64,000 nt of DNA, taken from contig NC_089435.1 in NCBI RefSeq assembly GCF_026210795.1, positions 3,782,001 through 3,846,000 of the forward strand, written 5' to 3'. The position numbers and the translations under genes were made by a program. Origin of the DNA: Rhizophagus irregularis. Its lineage: Eukaryota. This document shows, piece after piece, positions 1 through 12,698 of this stretch; positions within the stretch are counted from its first letter, which is position 1; each line of letters starts with the position of its first letter. The notes under the pieces are model-generated. The model was not told the DNA's origin, made no database searches, and saw only the letters and a program-made list of their open reading frames with translations.

Positions 1-860
1 TATTCTATATAATAATGTACTATAATATTAAAATTAGAAAATAAAGTTCCTTTTTTAATATTAGGACAATTAGAAAACCTAAAAAAGTTTTTTTCAAATT
101 GGATTTAAGATTTTAAGTAATGCATATGGTTTTAATCAGAATTATAAATAAAACAAAAATATACAAAAATTTAATAAAATAAGTAAACTAGAAAACTGAA
201 AAATTATAAATATTAAACAAATATTAATAAAATTAAACCAGTAGTATTATTCTCATAACTAGTCTCTTTTTCTGAAAAATCCACTTGAATAGGATTTACA
301 AATATATATATAGGGGTCAGGTGATGAAAAAAATTTTTATTATGAATCGTATGCATTTTTTCAGGACTGGAATTATGATAATGTCAGCTGGTTACTATAA
401 TAGAAAATAAAATTCTGACTGGCATTATCAAAAATTATCTAAAAAAGAAAAGATTTCATGATTTTTTTAGTTCAAAATACTCAAACTCAAACCTAACCCT
501 TATATATATATTTTTGAGTTCTACTTAAATATTAAAGTTAAAATCAGCAAAGAAAAATGTCATATTGTTATCATTATTATTTTATAAAGAATTCATTTAT
601 TAAGTCTTGAAAACTTATTAATTATAAAGAAAAAAAGTATAAAGAATTTTTAGATATATGGAACTTATTTTTTTTTTTTATAAAAAATTCTTTTAAAAAA
701 AAATAAAAAAAAATTTCCATGTTTATTTGTTGTTAAAAAAGTAATGAATTATAAATGATAAATCATATGATTATTATATTATATAATCAAATAAATCAAT
801 AAATAACAATTTAACATATATTATGTGTAAATTTAACAATAAATAAATTTACATTTTACT

Positions 861-1060
861 TCACGTGATTTTTGAATTTTGGCCAGAATTAAGTGATCTA
901 CATAGAAATTTCCATTTTTTGAATCTTGTGTAATACATTTCTCCATTTTTGATAAGAATAAACCTGCCTTTTTTGTATTGTATAACGTTACTCATTTGGC
1001 CAAAAGGAAATTTCTATGTCAATTACTTAATTCCGGCCAAATTTTAAAAAAATCACGTGA
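861..1060. repeat. Imperfect ~55-bp inverted repeat (MITE-like) upstream of the Uma2 gene
   Basis: tcacgtgatttttgaattttggccagaattaagtgatctacatagaaatttcc (861-) pairs with ggaaatttctatgtcaattacttaattccggccaaattttaaaaaatcacgtga (-1060). Confidence 0.65.
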
Positions 1061-1430
1061 TAAATGACAAATATCGCTTATCATTTACTGGTTTTGTGGG
1101 CGCAGTTTTTTGTGTCATGGGGGGTGACAAATAAATTAATGTCCCTTGTTCCTTATATGGTGAAGATTGACACAAACCGCGTCCACAACTTGCGTGCTCC
1201 GAAATGACATAATGACATATCTGATATGTCATGTCACTAAAGCCATTTGTGTCATTTCATATCACTTTACATCACTGGATTATGGTTTATAAAATTTATT
1301 TTTGCGATAAAAAAAAAATGGCATATTACTTGTGACTTATATTTATCTTGTGACTCATATTTATTTAGACTACTGATTAATTTTTAATCACCAAAATTTA
1401 TACTTCTATACATACTTTTACGTTGTCAAA

Positions 1431-2283
1431 ATGTCTGAATTCACTTATGAAGAACTCGCTCCTCATTACCAACTGGACAGGAATAGTCTTGAAATAACGC
1501 GTGTTGACTGTGTCCCTGTTACTTTAGAAGATTTCAAAGAAATTACAAAAAAACTTCCTCCTTCTCATAATTTGGAATTAGCTGCCAACAAAATTACTGT
1601 AAAAATGCCCGTTAGCGCTCTAACTGGTATGCTATTTTTGTTAGAATTTCAACAAACGTTTCTTTTCCGTGTTTTAATCATGATAAAAAAATAGGTCAAA
1701 GAGAAGCTTATCTTATAGGACGAATCACCATATGGTGTGAAAACAATCCTTTACTTGTTGGATTAGTCGGAAGTAGTAACGTATATTACAATTTACCTCT
1801 TCCAAATCCCACTGTTCGTAGTCCGGATGCTTCCGTGGTTCTTGCCGCGAGGTTCTTTTCTAATTATATAAATGGTTTACATGTTTGTATATTTTTATAT
1901 TTTTTTAACTTTTTTTTTATTGCAGGTGGGGCGCACTAACCCGTAACGAACAAGAGGAGGCGTTTCCGTCAGTCACTCCAAATTTCATTGCAGAAGTACG
2001 ATCAGTGAATGATTCTTGGCAATTTTGTCACGATAAAATGTTAGTTTACATGGATGCTGGAGTAGACGTAAGTGATTAATAATTGTTTATTTGTTATTAT
2101 TCTGCTATTGCTATTAATTATTATGATTATTAGGAAGGAATTTTGATTGATCCAATCGATCGTACTTTGACGTGCTATCGAATTAGTAGAAATAATATAG
2201 TCTGGGGGACTCGAAATAATCCACGTTCTTTTACGTCAAGAATTCTTAATGGATTCGTTTTAAACTTGAATAATATTATATAA
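1431..2283 (+). CDS. Uma2/DUF820-family PD-(D/E)XK endonuclease, 4 exons, intact
   Basis: GT-AG introns 1627-1694, 1852-1925 and 2068-2133 join an open frame: ...MPVSALTGQREAYLIGRITIW...TVRSPDASVVLAARWGALTRNEQEEAFPSVTPNFIAEVRSVNDSWQFCHDKMLVYMDAGVDEGILIDPIDRTLTCYR...ILNGFVLNLNNII*. RSPDAS, PxFxxEVRS, KMxxYxxxGV and LIDP are typical Uma2 motifs. Confidence 0.88.
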
Positions 2284-2356
2284 TCTTAATTTCAACATCT
2301 AATGTCTTCAACTCTTCATGGCCATATCAGGCTTATGTATTTTTTTAGCTTATGTA

Positions 2357-3239
2357 CACCCACCTGCCAAAAGTATCCAGACACTTCTAAAAAATGACCA
2401 TTAAATCACATTATTTCGACATCCAGTGATCAGAATTTAATGATTTATGATTCATTGGATTCGTCTAATTGAGACGCATCTAACCGCAGTATTTTCAAGT
2501 CTGTAAGTTCAATAGACCAGAAGTTATCGTTGAATGTCTAAAAACAGTAAAATGCAAATAACTTTTGATCCATCAATCCTAGAGACATGAAAATAATAGA
2601 TACAATGTACCTTAACAAGACAAATCTAATGAGTTATATTTCATCTTACTAGGTTTAATAGGGAAGAAAACGTTATGAAATTTGTATTTGCTAAATTTTT
2701 AAAGACGAAAAATAAATTACTTCATAAAGTTAAATCACATTATTTCAATAACCAGTGATCAGAATTTAATTATTTATGATTCAATGAATTCATATTATCA
2801 AGATGCATCAAATTACAGTATTTTTCTGTCTCTAAATTTGATGGATCAGATGTTATTCTCAACAGTAAAATGCAAATAATTCATTTTTCATCTTTAAAAA
2901 TTTAGCAAATACAAATTTCATAACGTTTTCTTCCCTATTAAACCTAGTAAGATGAAATATAACTCATTAGATTTGTCTTGTTAAGGTACATTGTATCTAT
3001 TATTTTCATGTCTCTAGGATTGATGGATCAAAAGTTATTTGCATTTTACTGTTTTTAGACATTCAACGATAACTTCTGGTCTATTGAACTTACAGACTTG
3101 AAAATACTGCGGTTAGATGCGTCTCAATTAGACGAATCCAATGAATCATAAATCATTAAATTCTGATCACTGAATGTCGAAATAATGTGATTTAATGGTC
3201 ATTTTTTAGAAGTGCCTGGATACTTTTGGCAGGTGGGTG
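2357..3239. mobile_element. Foldback/MITE with ~355-bp TIRs and TA TSD (Tc1/mariner-like, non-autonomous)
   Basis: TA|cacccacctgccaaaagtatccag ... ctggatacttttggcaggtgggtg|TA; arms ~2357-2712 and ~2883-3239 are near-perfect reverse complements. Confidence 0.9.
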
Positions 3240-3499
3240 TAAATGTGTAAATGCTGTGTGAACTTAATGAATAAATAAAATTGTTTAATACAATTAATTT
3301 ACATCAATTTCGAAATTTTTATGTGGTTTTTAATGCAATTACTGTTGCGCATAATTTTCATGATGATATTATTTTTGCTTATAGAGATAAAGGTTAAATC
3401 CCATCTTCCTGCTTATTCCCGAAGAATACTGTAAAAAATTCACGCACTTTTTGCCAAGAAAAAATTTTTATTACAGTAATAAAAAAAAAATAAAAATTT

Positions 3500-3579
3500 C
3501 ATCCGGATTCCGTGTCAAGCCGGATATTTTTCATCCAGCGGATGAATCCGGATTGATCCGGATACGGGTCGAAGCACTA
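3500..3579 (-). mobile_element. Probable hAT-like element end fragment
   Basis: Clustered tccgga/atccg subterminal motifs ending in gggtcgaagcacta (TAGTG.. terminus on the minus strand). Confidence 0.35.
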
Positions 3580-5244
3580 TGTAATATAAATATTTGACGA
3601 TCCGTCAAAAAATTAATGAGGTTTTTAAACTGTTAAGTTAAAATTCTGAGCTTTGGATTTTATATCTTATCACACCATCACAGAATAATTGATTCTTCTG
3701 ATTTTTAAGGATTAGCCAGTATTTTTGACTTCGTCAATAAACTCCTTTCACGTTGAAACAGTTATTGTCATACCTTGTTCTTTATTTTGATAGTAGATTC
3801 CTCAATAAAGACATTATTAGCTTTATTTCCATGCTGATGAACTTTCAAAAGAGAAACTAAATTATTTTTGATTCCTATTTTTTTTGTTGCTTTTGTTACA
3901 TTTTCGTTTTATGCACTAATTCGTTTTATATCTTTCTTTTTATGTAAGTGGAACATGAAAAAGAAGATTGTTATAACTTAGGAAATGGACTTTAAAGATA
4001 ATATGAAAGGTAAATGAGTTACTTGTTTGTCATCTCCTTTAAGAAACGTTACTAAAATATTTTTGATGTTAAATGTTTTATAAATTCATTTTTCATGTTT
4101 CATTGATTAAAAAAAATGATTTTTTTAGACTACCAAAATCCGAATATTTAATTCTCATAGCTCTATTTTTAAATAATTTATAACAGAATATGATATTAAA
4201 ATGACGTTAATGATTTAAAAAAATACTTGACTTATCCGAAATTGATTTTCCAAAAATTATTCAAACAATTCTCAAGATAGTGGTGAAACCCTTTAAATAA
4301 TTACATTGCAAAAAACAGAAAAACTGCTGTCTTGTATTCCTCAAATTTTTCGTAAACGTGTTTTAATATTCCGTTCTTAATTGTTTTTCAATGAAAAGAT
4401 ATACTTCTTTCTGATACAATTCTGACACCCTTTTTATACGTTTTCTTTTCTTATCTCGATAATCAAAATATCAATCTTTTACTAACACGAACTGCTTCTT
4501 TCCTTATATTTTCACCATTTATACCATTCTCCCAATATCTTATATGTTACTAATTCTAATTGATCTATAATTTCATAATATTTTTTATTTCCCCATTTTC
4601 TTTCATCAATTTCTGTTTAATCTTTCATTATTACATCTATTCCTCCTGTAGCCCTTTTTCTATCTAATTCTTCCTTATCAAAAATATTCGTTCTTTTACC
4701 TATAATTTTTCTTGGGTCTAAAAATTCTTCTACATTATACTTCTTTTCTTTTTTCTTAATATGTTCTTTCTTAATTACCATTTTTCAATATTTATTTTCC
4801 TTAATTTTCTAAAAAAATACACATATATCCTTTAATTTTCAAATTCTTATTCTATATATATTTGAGTAATCTGCATCAGCTAATAAAAACCTATTCATAA
4901 AAAAAGAAGTTAATACTGCTTCAAAAGAAAGGAATTAAAACACACCACCCCACTCATAAAAACTTATGTCATAAAACATCGCTGAAAAAGTTTAGGCCAA
5001 ATCTTAAAAATGGTATAGTCAGTACCATTCCAAAAGAAAGCACTTACCCAACCCACCCACTCAAAAAAAAAACTTACATCAAAAAAGTCCACTTGAGGAA
5101 AAAATCCGGACCGAATCCTAAAAAAAAGAGAAAAAAGGGCGGTTAGGATCAAAGGTAAAAAAAACTCTTGCCCTGCCAATATTAATTTCTCCATAAATAA
5201 TAAAAAAAATTTTTTTATTTAAGTTCGGAGAGGTTGCACGAGTT

Positions 5245-5401
5245 TTTTTTTTATTATTATTATTATTTCATAGAGAGGAGTATAAACCAATGACAAAAAC
5301 ATAATAGAAGCTAACAACTACAAGTAGCGAAAGACTAATCTATTAGGGGTGCTGTGGTTATTAATCCCACATAACAGAACCTCACCCTCCGAGCGGCACT
5401 A
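5245..5401 (-). mobile_element. Short retroposed insertion (SINE or 5'-truncated LINE) with (TAA)n/poly-A tail and 14-bp TSD
   Basis: Direct repeat aggttgcacgagtt at 5231-5244 and 5402-5415; a poly-T plus (tta)n tract abuts the left copy. Confidence 0.8.
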
Positions 5402-5471
5402 AGGTTGCACGAGTTGATACTAAAAATCTAATTATCTAAAAAAGTATCGACTCATGTGATTAAAATAACAC

Positions 5472-6150
5472 ATGACCGAAATTTATTTTTAGCTTATCAG
5501 GGATTTCGTGTAGCACCTAAGCGACTGTTCCTCTTACTATAAAAAATGGATAGGTTATTTCAGAAGTTATTTTTGTCAAAGCTTCAAACATCAAGGGAGT
5601 TAGATGAAGACAGGTGAGTAGGCATTGCACTAGTTTGTATTGAAGTTTGCTCAGTATTGACTTATGTGATTTCAGTCTTCCATTTCCGATTGCCTCAGGC
5701 ATATTCCTGGAAAAATACAATTCTTTCATCAAAAGTAAAGAAATAAGTGGATATAAGTTTGATTATAGAAATGGACTGTATATATAGTTGAAATGTGTTT
5801 GCCTGAACACGAAGTAGTAATTGAAATTATTGGGATGCATTTCGTAAGTTCTTAGTTTACATAATCTATCACCTCTTATTGTGTTCTAATATTTTTCATA
5901 TCCTTTCCAAAGTTTATGTCATGCCAGATGGAACTTGTAGAGGAACAGATCTTGCTATTGGTCCTCATCCCAATTTTGTTCCAAATCCTCCTGTTCTACA
6001 CCCTGGTCCTCCGCCTAGCAATATAAAGGTACTTTTGATTTGTCATGTATTTTGTGATATCCTAAATACTATTATCGTTTAGCTAAATAGGATCATGCAG
6101 ATTTTCATAGACCGATATTTTTATTAGCCATAGCAATAACACATTATTGA
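5472..6150 (+). pseudogene. Degraded/truncated Uma2-like REase gene (same family as 55505-58051)
   Basis: Fragments VYIVEMCLPEHEVVIEIIGMHF and MPDGTCRGTDLAIGPHPNFVPNPP...PPPSNIK resemble VFIVELKKVEHAFVI and SLAPDIAIYP of the 55.5-58 kb pseudogene; frame disruptions present. Confidence 0.5.
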
Positions 6151-7277
6151 TATAATAAAGTGGAGTAAAAAAATGGCGTAAATGAATATTTTGTAGAGAA
6201 AAGTTTAAATAAAGCTTATATAAAAATGAAATTTATAGAAAACTTATTTATAATGTTATTAATTAATACATGATCAAAAACGTCAGAACGATAACACTTT
6301 TATTGGATGTGGGCTATATCAGTCACAGGGCCCTTCAATAACTATTTAATATGGTGAATCATAAAAAAAAATAAAATAGAGTAGTTAGTTGCAAGTAAAC
6401 AATAAAAGTTATTCGTTACCAATTGTAAATTATGAAGAAAACGAGAAATATATTTTATTAGGGTATATTGTAAATCTTACGATACTTTATTTTATGAAAC
6501 CCCCGTGAATTTACACTTTTTCGTTATCAAAATCACGTGAACGTAACGTTTTTCCGAAAAGTATTTTGCTAGAGAACTTTTATATCTTAAAAGACATGTA
6601 TATTACCAGAGGACAGAGGTAATGCTTCGATCTCACCGCGTAAAGACTTTTTTACATACATATGAAAAATAAAATGTTTAACTCGATTTGTTGAAAATTA
6701 CGTTACTTTATTATCAGTTATGTATTCACAGAAATCAAATAATTACACCTGAAATTTGAGACAATTAGCACTAAAAAGAAAATCTGATCAAATTATCAAA
6801 TTACGGTCTATGCGAAACTGATTAACGTAAGTATAGCCATACCTAATTTCCCTTATCTCATTGAAACCGCAAAAAGGGAAAGAAAAATCGGACTAAATCA
6901 ACAGAAAAAAATTTTATCACAAAATGGAACGATGAATGATTGGTCTAGAAACGTAATTTGAATGTGCCTGCTCTGCAGAACAAACATCTATCGTTCATCC
7001 GAGGATTCGAAAAAAAAAATAGATTCTAATCACTTATTCACGACAAAATGCAAATTTTTTTCATTAACAATTGTCGCATATGAAAATCTATGTCTGGATA
7101 AGTATATAAAAAATTTGTATCTTTTATTGATATATATAATTCATGATAACATTGTAGATTATATTAAGTATCACTAATTATAGTTAATTAATGTAAATAA
7201 TTTATTAAATTACGTGCGTATATTAAAAAATTAATTTATCAAATAAATTAAAAAATTCAGCATGCAGCAATAGGATA

Positions 7278-7868
7278 TTAAGCACCAGGAGGCTTTTTAC
7301 ATTCATCACACCTCTCGGCAATGGGATATGATCTCTCAGCAATGGGATATGACCTTTCGGCAATGGGGTATGACCTCTCGGCAATGGGATATGACCTTTC
7401 AGCAATGGGGTATGACCTCTTCTCGGCAATGGGGTATGATCTCTCAGCAATGGGGTATGACCTTTCAGCAATGGGGTATGACCTTTCGGCAATGGGGTAT
7501 GATCTCTCGGCAATGGGGTATGATCTCTTCTCGGCAATGGGGTATGACCTCTTCTCGGCAATGGGATATGACCTGCCAGCAATAGGATATGAATCAGCAC
7601 CAGGAGGATTTTTACATTCATCACATCTCTCAGCAATGGGATATGACCTCTCGGCAATGGGGTATGATCTCTCGGCAATGGGGTATGATCTCTTCTCGGC
7701 AATGGGGTATGATCTCTCTGCTATAGGATATGACCTGCCAGCAATAGGATATGAATCAACAGCAGGGAGTTTAGGACTTTTACATTCATCACACCTCTCA
7801 GTAATAGGTGCGGCATTTATAACGGAAAGCGCCACTAAAATGGACGCAACAATAAAAATTCGGACCAT
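7278..7868 (-). CDS. Secreted tandem-repeat peptide precursor (KEX2-processed repeat protein, KEP-like), 196 aa
   Basis: Signal peptide MVRIFIVASILVALSVINA|API; 19 SYPIA(E/G)(K)R units (4 ending in KR) and 3 CDECK modules; synonymous variation between repeats (gac/gat, ctc/ctt on +) is consistent with this reading frame. Confidence 0.9.
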   Translation of the reverse strand: MVRIFIVASILVALSVINAAPITERCDECKSPKLPAVDSYPIAGRSYPIAERSYPIAEKRSYPIAERSYPIAERSYPIAERCDECKNPPGADSYPIAGRSYPIAEKRSYPIAEKRSYPIAERSYPIAERSYPIAERSYPIAERSYPIAEKRSYPIAERSYPIAERSYPIAERSYPIAERSYPIAERCDECKKPPGA

Positions 7869-8555
7869 AATTTTTATTTTTTTTTAATGAATGTAGTTAT
7901 TAGAGTTTCAAAGTTTTTTTTTTTAATTATTGAAATTTTGATAACTTAGTTTCAGAGGCATTCTTTTTATAAGAAAAAAAAATACATATTTATTATTTCG
8001 CCTGATCTCACTAAAAATGTTTTTATATTTTGACATGAAAATCAAATTAAAAAGAAACCAAAACAGTTTCATATATAATCAATAATATGAAGTTGGTAAT
8101 TGGGGGAAATGGGGGTAAATTAAACAAATTAAACTGTACGGAACGTGATTTCAATTTTTTTTACCAAATTGGGATTTCGGTAAAATAAACATTTCGGTAA
8201 TTAAATGTAAATTGGTGTAGATCCATTAGAAATATAAGAAATAAACTTTATTTTCTATGCAATATTTTCTTAAAGTCGTCGAGAGTTTTATACGTAATTT
8301 CTGGTTCGAGATACTCAATGAAATCTGCAATTTCTTTGCAAGACTAGCTTTCATACTATTTATAACTTCGAAATTCTTCTTTGGTTGTATTAAGAAGGTC
8401 ACGATCAACAATTTTCTCATTGCGAAGAATTTTGATATAGAGCTTCAAGGCTTTCTTTCCTAAATAAGTTGTTCCTCTATATCGAAATCCTTAATAGCTT
8501 CTGCCATTGTTCGAGTGGAAATTTCTTCCGTTATTGAGGCGGGACAATGCTTTAT

Positions 8556-8684
8556 TTACAGAATGTACGAGACACTTAGCAAATTTTAAAGAACTCGGAA
8601 AGTTCAAAATAAGATAAAATTACAAGCTTTACCGAATACTTCCGAGTTCTTTAAAACTTGTTAAGTGTCCCGTACATTATGAAA
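8556..8684. repeat. ~130-bp hairpin/MITE-like inverted repeat
   Basis: aatgtacgagacacttagcaaattttaaagaactcggaa pairs with ttccgagttctttaaaacttgttaagtgtcccgtacatt. Confidence 0.7.
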
Positions 8685-11600
8685 TCAGCTGTAATAAAAA
8701 TAATCGTTACCGGAACCCGGCTTATAGTACATAAAAATTCGAACACGTTTTATAAAAAAAAACAATATATCGCGTTATATGAGGTGAAAAAAATTCCAAC
8801 CACATTAAGGAAGAATTCGGATATGAATAACATCTTCATTAGGAGTCTCATTAAAAATTCTCACATAGGCATATATTTTGACGGAGAAAGCAAATTCTTT
8901 CTTAAGCAATAACGTCAATTAAATCAGTGAATGATTGTCGATTTTTTATTTGTCTTGCCAAGGAAGATCACCATGTGAAAAGGTATGAAAGTTCTATCTT
9001 AAGTAAAAGAGAAAGTCGAGCTATATATATATATTATTTTTTTATGATTATTTTTTCCGCGCCAAATCAACTTACTATACCAAATTTACTATACGATATT
9101 ATTATAATTTTTTTCTGATACACGATTTTCATTCCTTAAATAATGTTCTTTATGTGAAGCCAACATATTTTATGAAATCTCGAACGGCCGACAACAAAAT
9201 CTAGATAATCCAAAATCTTTGACAAGTCAAAACCCTGATCTCGACAAATCATTATATAGAACAAAAATTATAATACATTTAAACTAAATATTACATATTG
9301 CAAGTGACTGTCGAGATTTTGATCGGATACCCATATTTTTAATATATCACAAAGTTTCAAATAGTTTGTTTTTTACAATAAATTTTTTACATAATTTTGA
9401 CGTCTCCCAAGAAAAAGAGATTGACCGTAATACGAAGTAATACAATTCTTATTTAATACAAATTAAATTGTGGCAAAGTAATGTTTCAAATACATTAAAT
9501 AAAATAGTAACCTATATTAAGAAAATATATAATATTTCATATAATCATATTATGAAAATGAAATGAATTGTGTGCGTGAATTTGATTGGCAATTTTCATA
9601 TGCTTTTAGATTTGCTTGTCAAGATTTTCCATGGAGAAAAAAAAACAATTTCAATTTATAAAAAAAGAAATAAATAGATTTGTCGGTAATTTAATGCGAA
9701 AGGACCCGACTCGTATTTAGGGGACGGGTGACCCAGCGACCCGAATCTTTTTACACTCTGGTTGAATACGAAACTTTCAAAACATTACTCCTGTTGGTTA
9801 CTGTAAAAGTAAAATGTTTATCGGTAAAATGTAATTGTCGACCAAAATGGTTGTTGATTAAATTGTCGGTAAAATGGCTGTCAGTAAAAACTGCTGTCGG
9901 TAAAGTTGAATGTGACCCGAATTAACACCTGGAGATCTCGAAATTGTGAGCCCTTCAACAAAATTAGCTTATCACAGGAGTAAAAATTCATCGTGGCACA
10001 ACAAAAATAACATTCGGCCGTAATCTAATCATATGATTTTTTTAATCAATTATTCATGTAAAGTTAACCATATGATTCCATTTTGTTTTTGATCGGGATG
10101 ATCTGAAAAAAAAAAAGTGATTCTATTTTTAATTTTATGTATACCAAAATATTAAATGTTTTTGTAGATTTATAAAAATTAATATAAATAATAAATAGAA
10201 AGAAAATTTATCGGTAGGGATATATAAATTATGTATATCTTTGTATACTAAATTTGGAATCAAAACTTGCAGATCCACCACTATATAGAGTATTTTGATA
10301 GTGTTCGTTCTTTGTCTTTATGTTATTACAAATTAAATAATTAAAAGGATATTATCTTATACAGATGATTATTTACATTAATTATTTATATTAAATAGTA
10401 TCTTACCATAATTATTATTTCCAATTATTGCTCCCAAGAAGGAAAAGATTATGAAAAAGAAGTAACAACAAAAAGTAACAACAACAACTTTTTAAAGACA
10501 GCAATAGCATTTAAAAGTAAGCAAATTTATATCTCATGGAAGTCCGAAAAAAAAAACGCGTTCAAAATATTTGCAGGTTTTACAAGTATAATTTTAGGAT
10601 AACCGGTTAGGTGATTATAAAATCAGATGATATCGAATCTGACCAATCAAATTTAAACACTAAACCTAAAAGTTCTAAAAGATTCTTTTTCAAACTAAAG
10701 AATCTTTTTTTAAAATAATTACTAATTAAAAAGTTATATCAACAATGAAGATGCAAGTTCGGCGAATACCGACATTTCCATAACTTATTATAAAAAAAAT
10801 CATATAGAATCGGAATGACTATATATAACACCTTATAATAATTTCCGATCATGGAAAGAAACTTTATTTTAAATAACATGAGAAAAGATGGAAAATAAAT
10901 CATAAATTACCGGAATTAATAATTAATTTTACTGGCATATACAAAATAGAGATTTTACTGTATTTACCGTAATTTTTTTTCAAATACAATTTAGACTAGT
11001 AATAAAAATCCTTCAACTCTATATTTAGTAAAGATCTACAACTAATTCAAGCCTCAATAAAGTAATGTTGTTACATTGACATTGTTTTTTCGTAATAAAC
11101 CCAAAAAGGACCCGGTGATATCAGAGGTAACGAAACCAGTTACGAAGATATTGATATTGGATTATCAATTGCGTAAGTTATTAGTTATCTCAATGATGAT
11201 TAATAAATAAATCAAACCATTTCAAATCCATAAATAATTTTATTTATTTAAAATTTAACAAAGAAAAAGATAAATTAATTGTTTCTTTAATAACCCCTAA
11301 AAAAATTAAGGAATAAGGATTTTTAAATTTTTTTAACTTGGGAACAATGGAATAATTAAATATTCAACCTCCTTAAATAAATATATATATTATTATATAT
11401 ATTTCCAAATATTAAATATTTTAGGCTGTTTCCCATCTTTTTCGAATAATATAAAAATTTTTTCATGTTAGAATAGGTCAAATTTCGGTCTCTTGAAATC
11501 TATATTAGGTAATGATGTTCAATTTATTATATAATATAAACTTTTAAATTACATTGTTTACTACTTATCTCTGAATAATTTTCTTTCTTTGCTTTTTTTA

Positions 11601-12698
11601 GCCGCAACAATTTTTTTTAAAACATTGACAAACACAATTTACCAAACATATTAAAATATTTTTAAAAATGTGAATATATGCGGCTGTTAAATGTACATCT
11701 TGAACTTTTATCGTAACTCACTATTTTACAATTAAAGAATATCGGTTACATTATCCATTATATTACTACTTATATATTACAATATCCGATGCGAACTTTT
11801 TATATAAAAAGCAATGACGACTTTTCCCTTTTTTGTTTCTCGGCTTATAACGGGCGGTCGATTCGTTAGTTAGTTAGGAATTTTAATATAAAGAGAATTT
11901 TTATCTATTTCTTTTTTTTTTTCTTCTTCTTCTTTATTCTCTTCTTTCTTCCCCAGTAATTTAATTTAAAAAAAAAAAAGGAAATTTTTTTTTTTACATG
12001 GGACTAATTTTTTGATCTATTTTAACGTAAGTAAAAGTATTAAAACGAAATTTGGATTATATAATAATGATTCATTCAATTATGCATAAAAAGCCAAAAT
12101 TTCAAAGTTCAATCGTTATCTACGATAGTAATCTAAATATATTGTCTATTGTTATTATGTAGGTGAATCTCTTTTTTTTTCACTTGTAATCCCATATATC
12201 TAAACTTGTCGTTCAAGAGAAAAAAATTTAAACGAAACTAACCCAAACGAGGAACGGACAACAAAAACCAACCAATTTAATATTATAATATCTCATTGTA
12301 CACGCATATTTTGTAAATATCGTATTTGAGATATTCTTTTTTTGTTTCTACCCTTCAGACAAAAAAAAAAAAAATATTCTTACTCTTTTGTAAAGAGTCT
12401 CTCCCTTTCATTTCTTTCCTTCCCTTGTCATTAAGCTTCGAGCGATTATTGTTTTTTTTTTCAAAAAAAAAAAAGAGAGAATATATTTTTTACAATATAT
12501 AACACATAGAGCACGATACTTTCTTTTTTTCCCCCTTTTAACTTTGGCTCACTTTTAATTGTAATTAAAAGTGATTAAGCCGGGTTAAATTTGAGAAAAG
12601 AATATTTTTTTTTTTTTATGAAGAACCAAAAAAAACTGTAAATACAATAACATACATATATATTTCATTAAGCATATTTTCATCAATTTCATTTTATC

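Noticed and set aside
7300..7760. CRISPR-like appearance of the 21/24-bp repeats
   Set aside because: No unique spacers, no cas genes, eukaryotic context; it is a coding repeat
7223..7887. Alternative-frame ORFs (MGYDLSA, RDHTPLP and WGMT repeats)
   Set aside because: Shadows of the stop-poor tandem repeat; only the 7278-7868 frame has a signal peptide
6200..12600. RiPP tailoring enzymes (DUF3328/UstYa, tyrosinase, methyltransferase) near the precursor
   Set aside because: No such coding sequence recognised in the flanks or elsewhere in the window, so a clustered dikaritin pathway is unsupported
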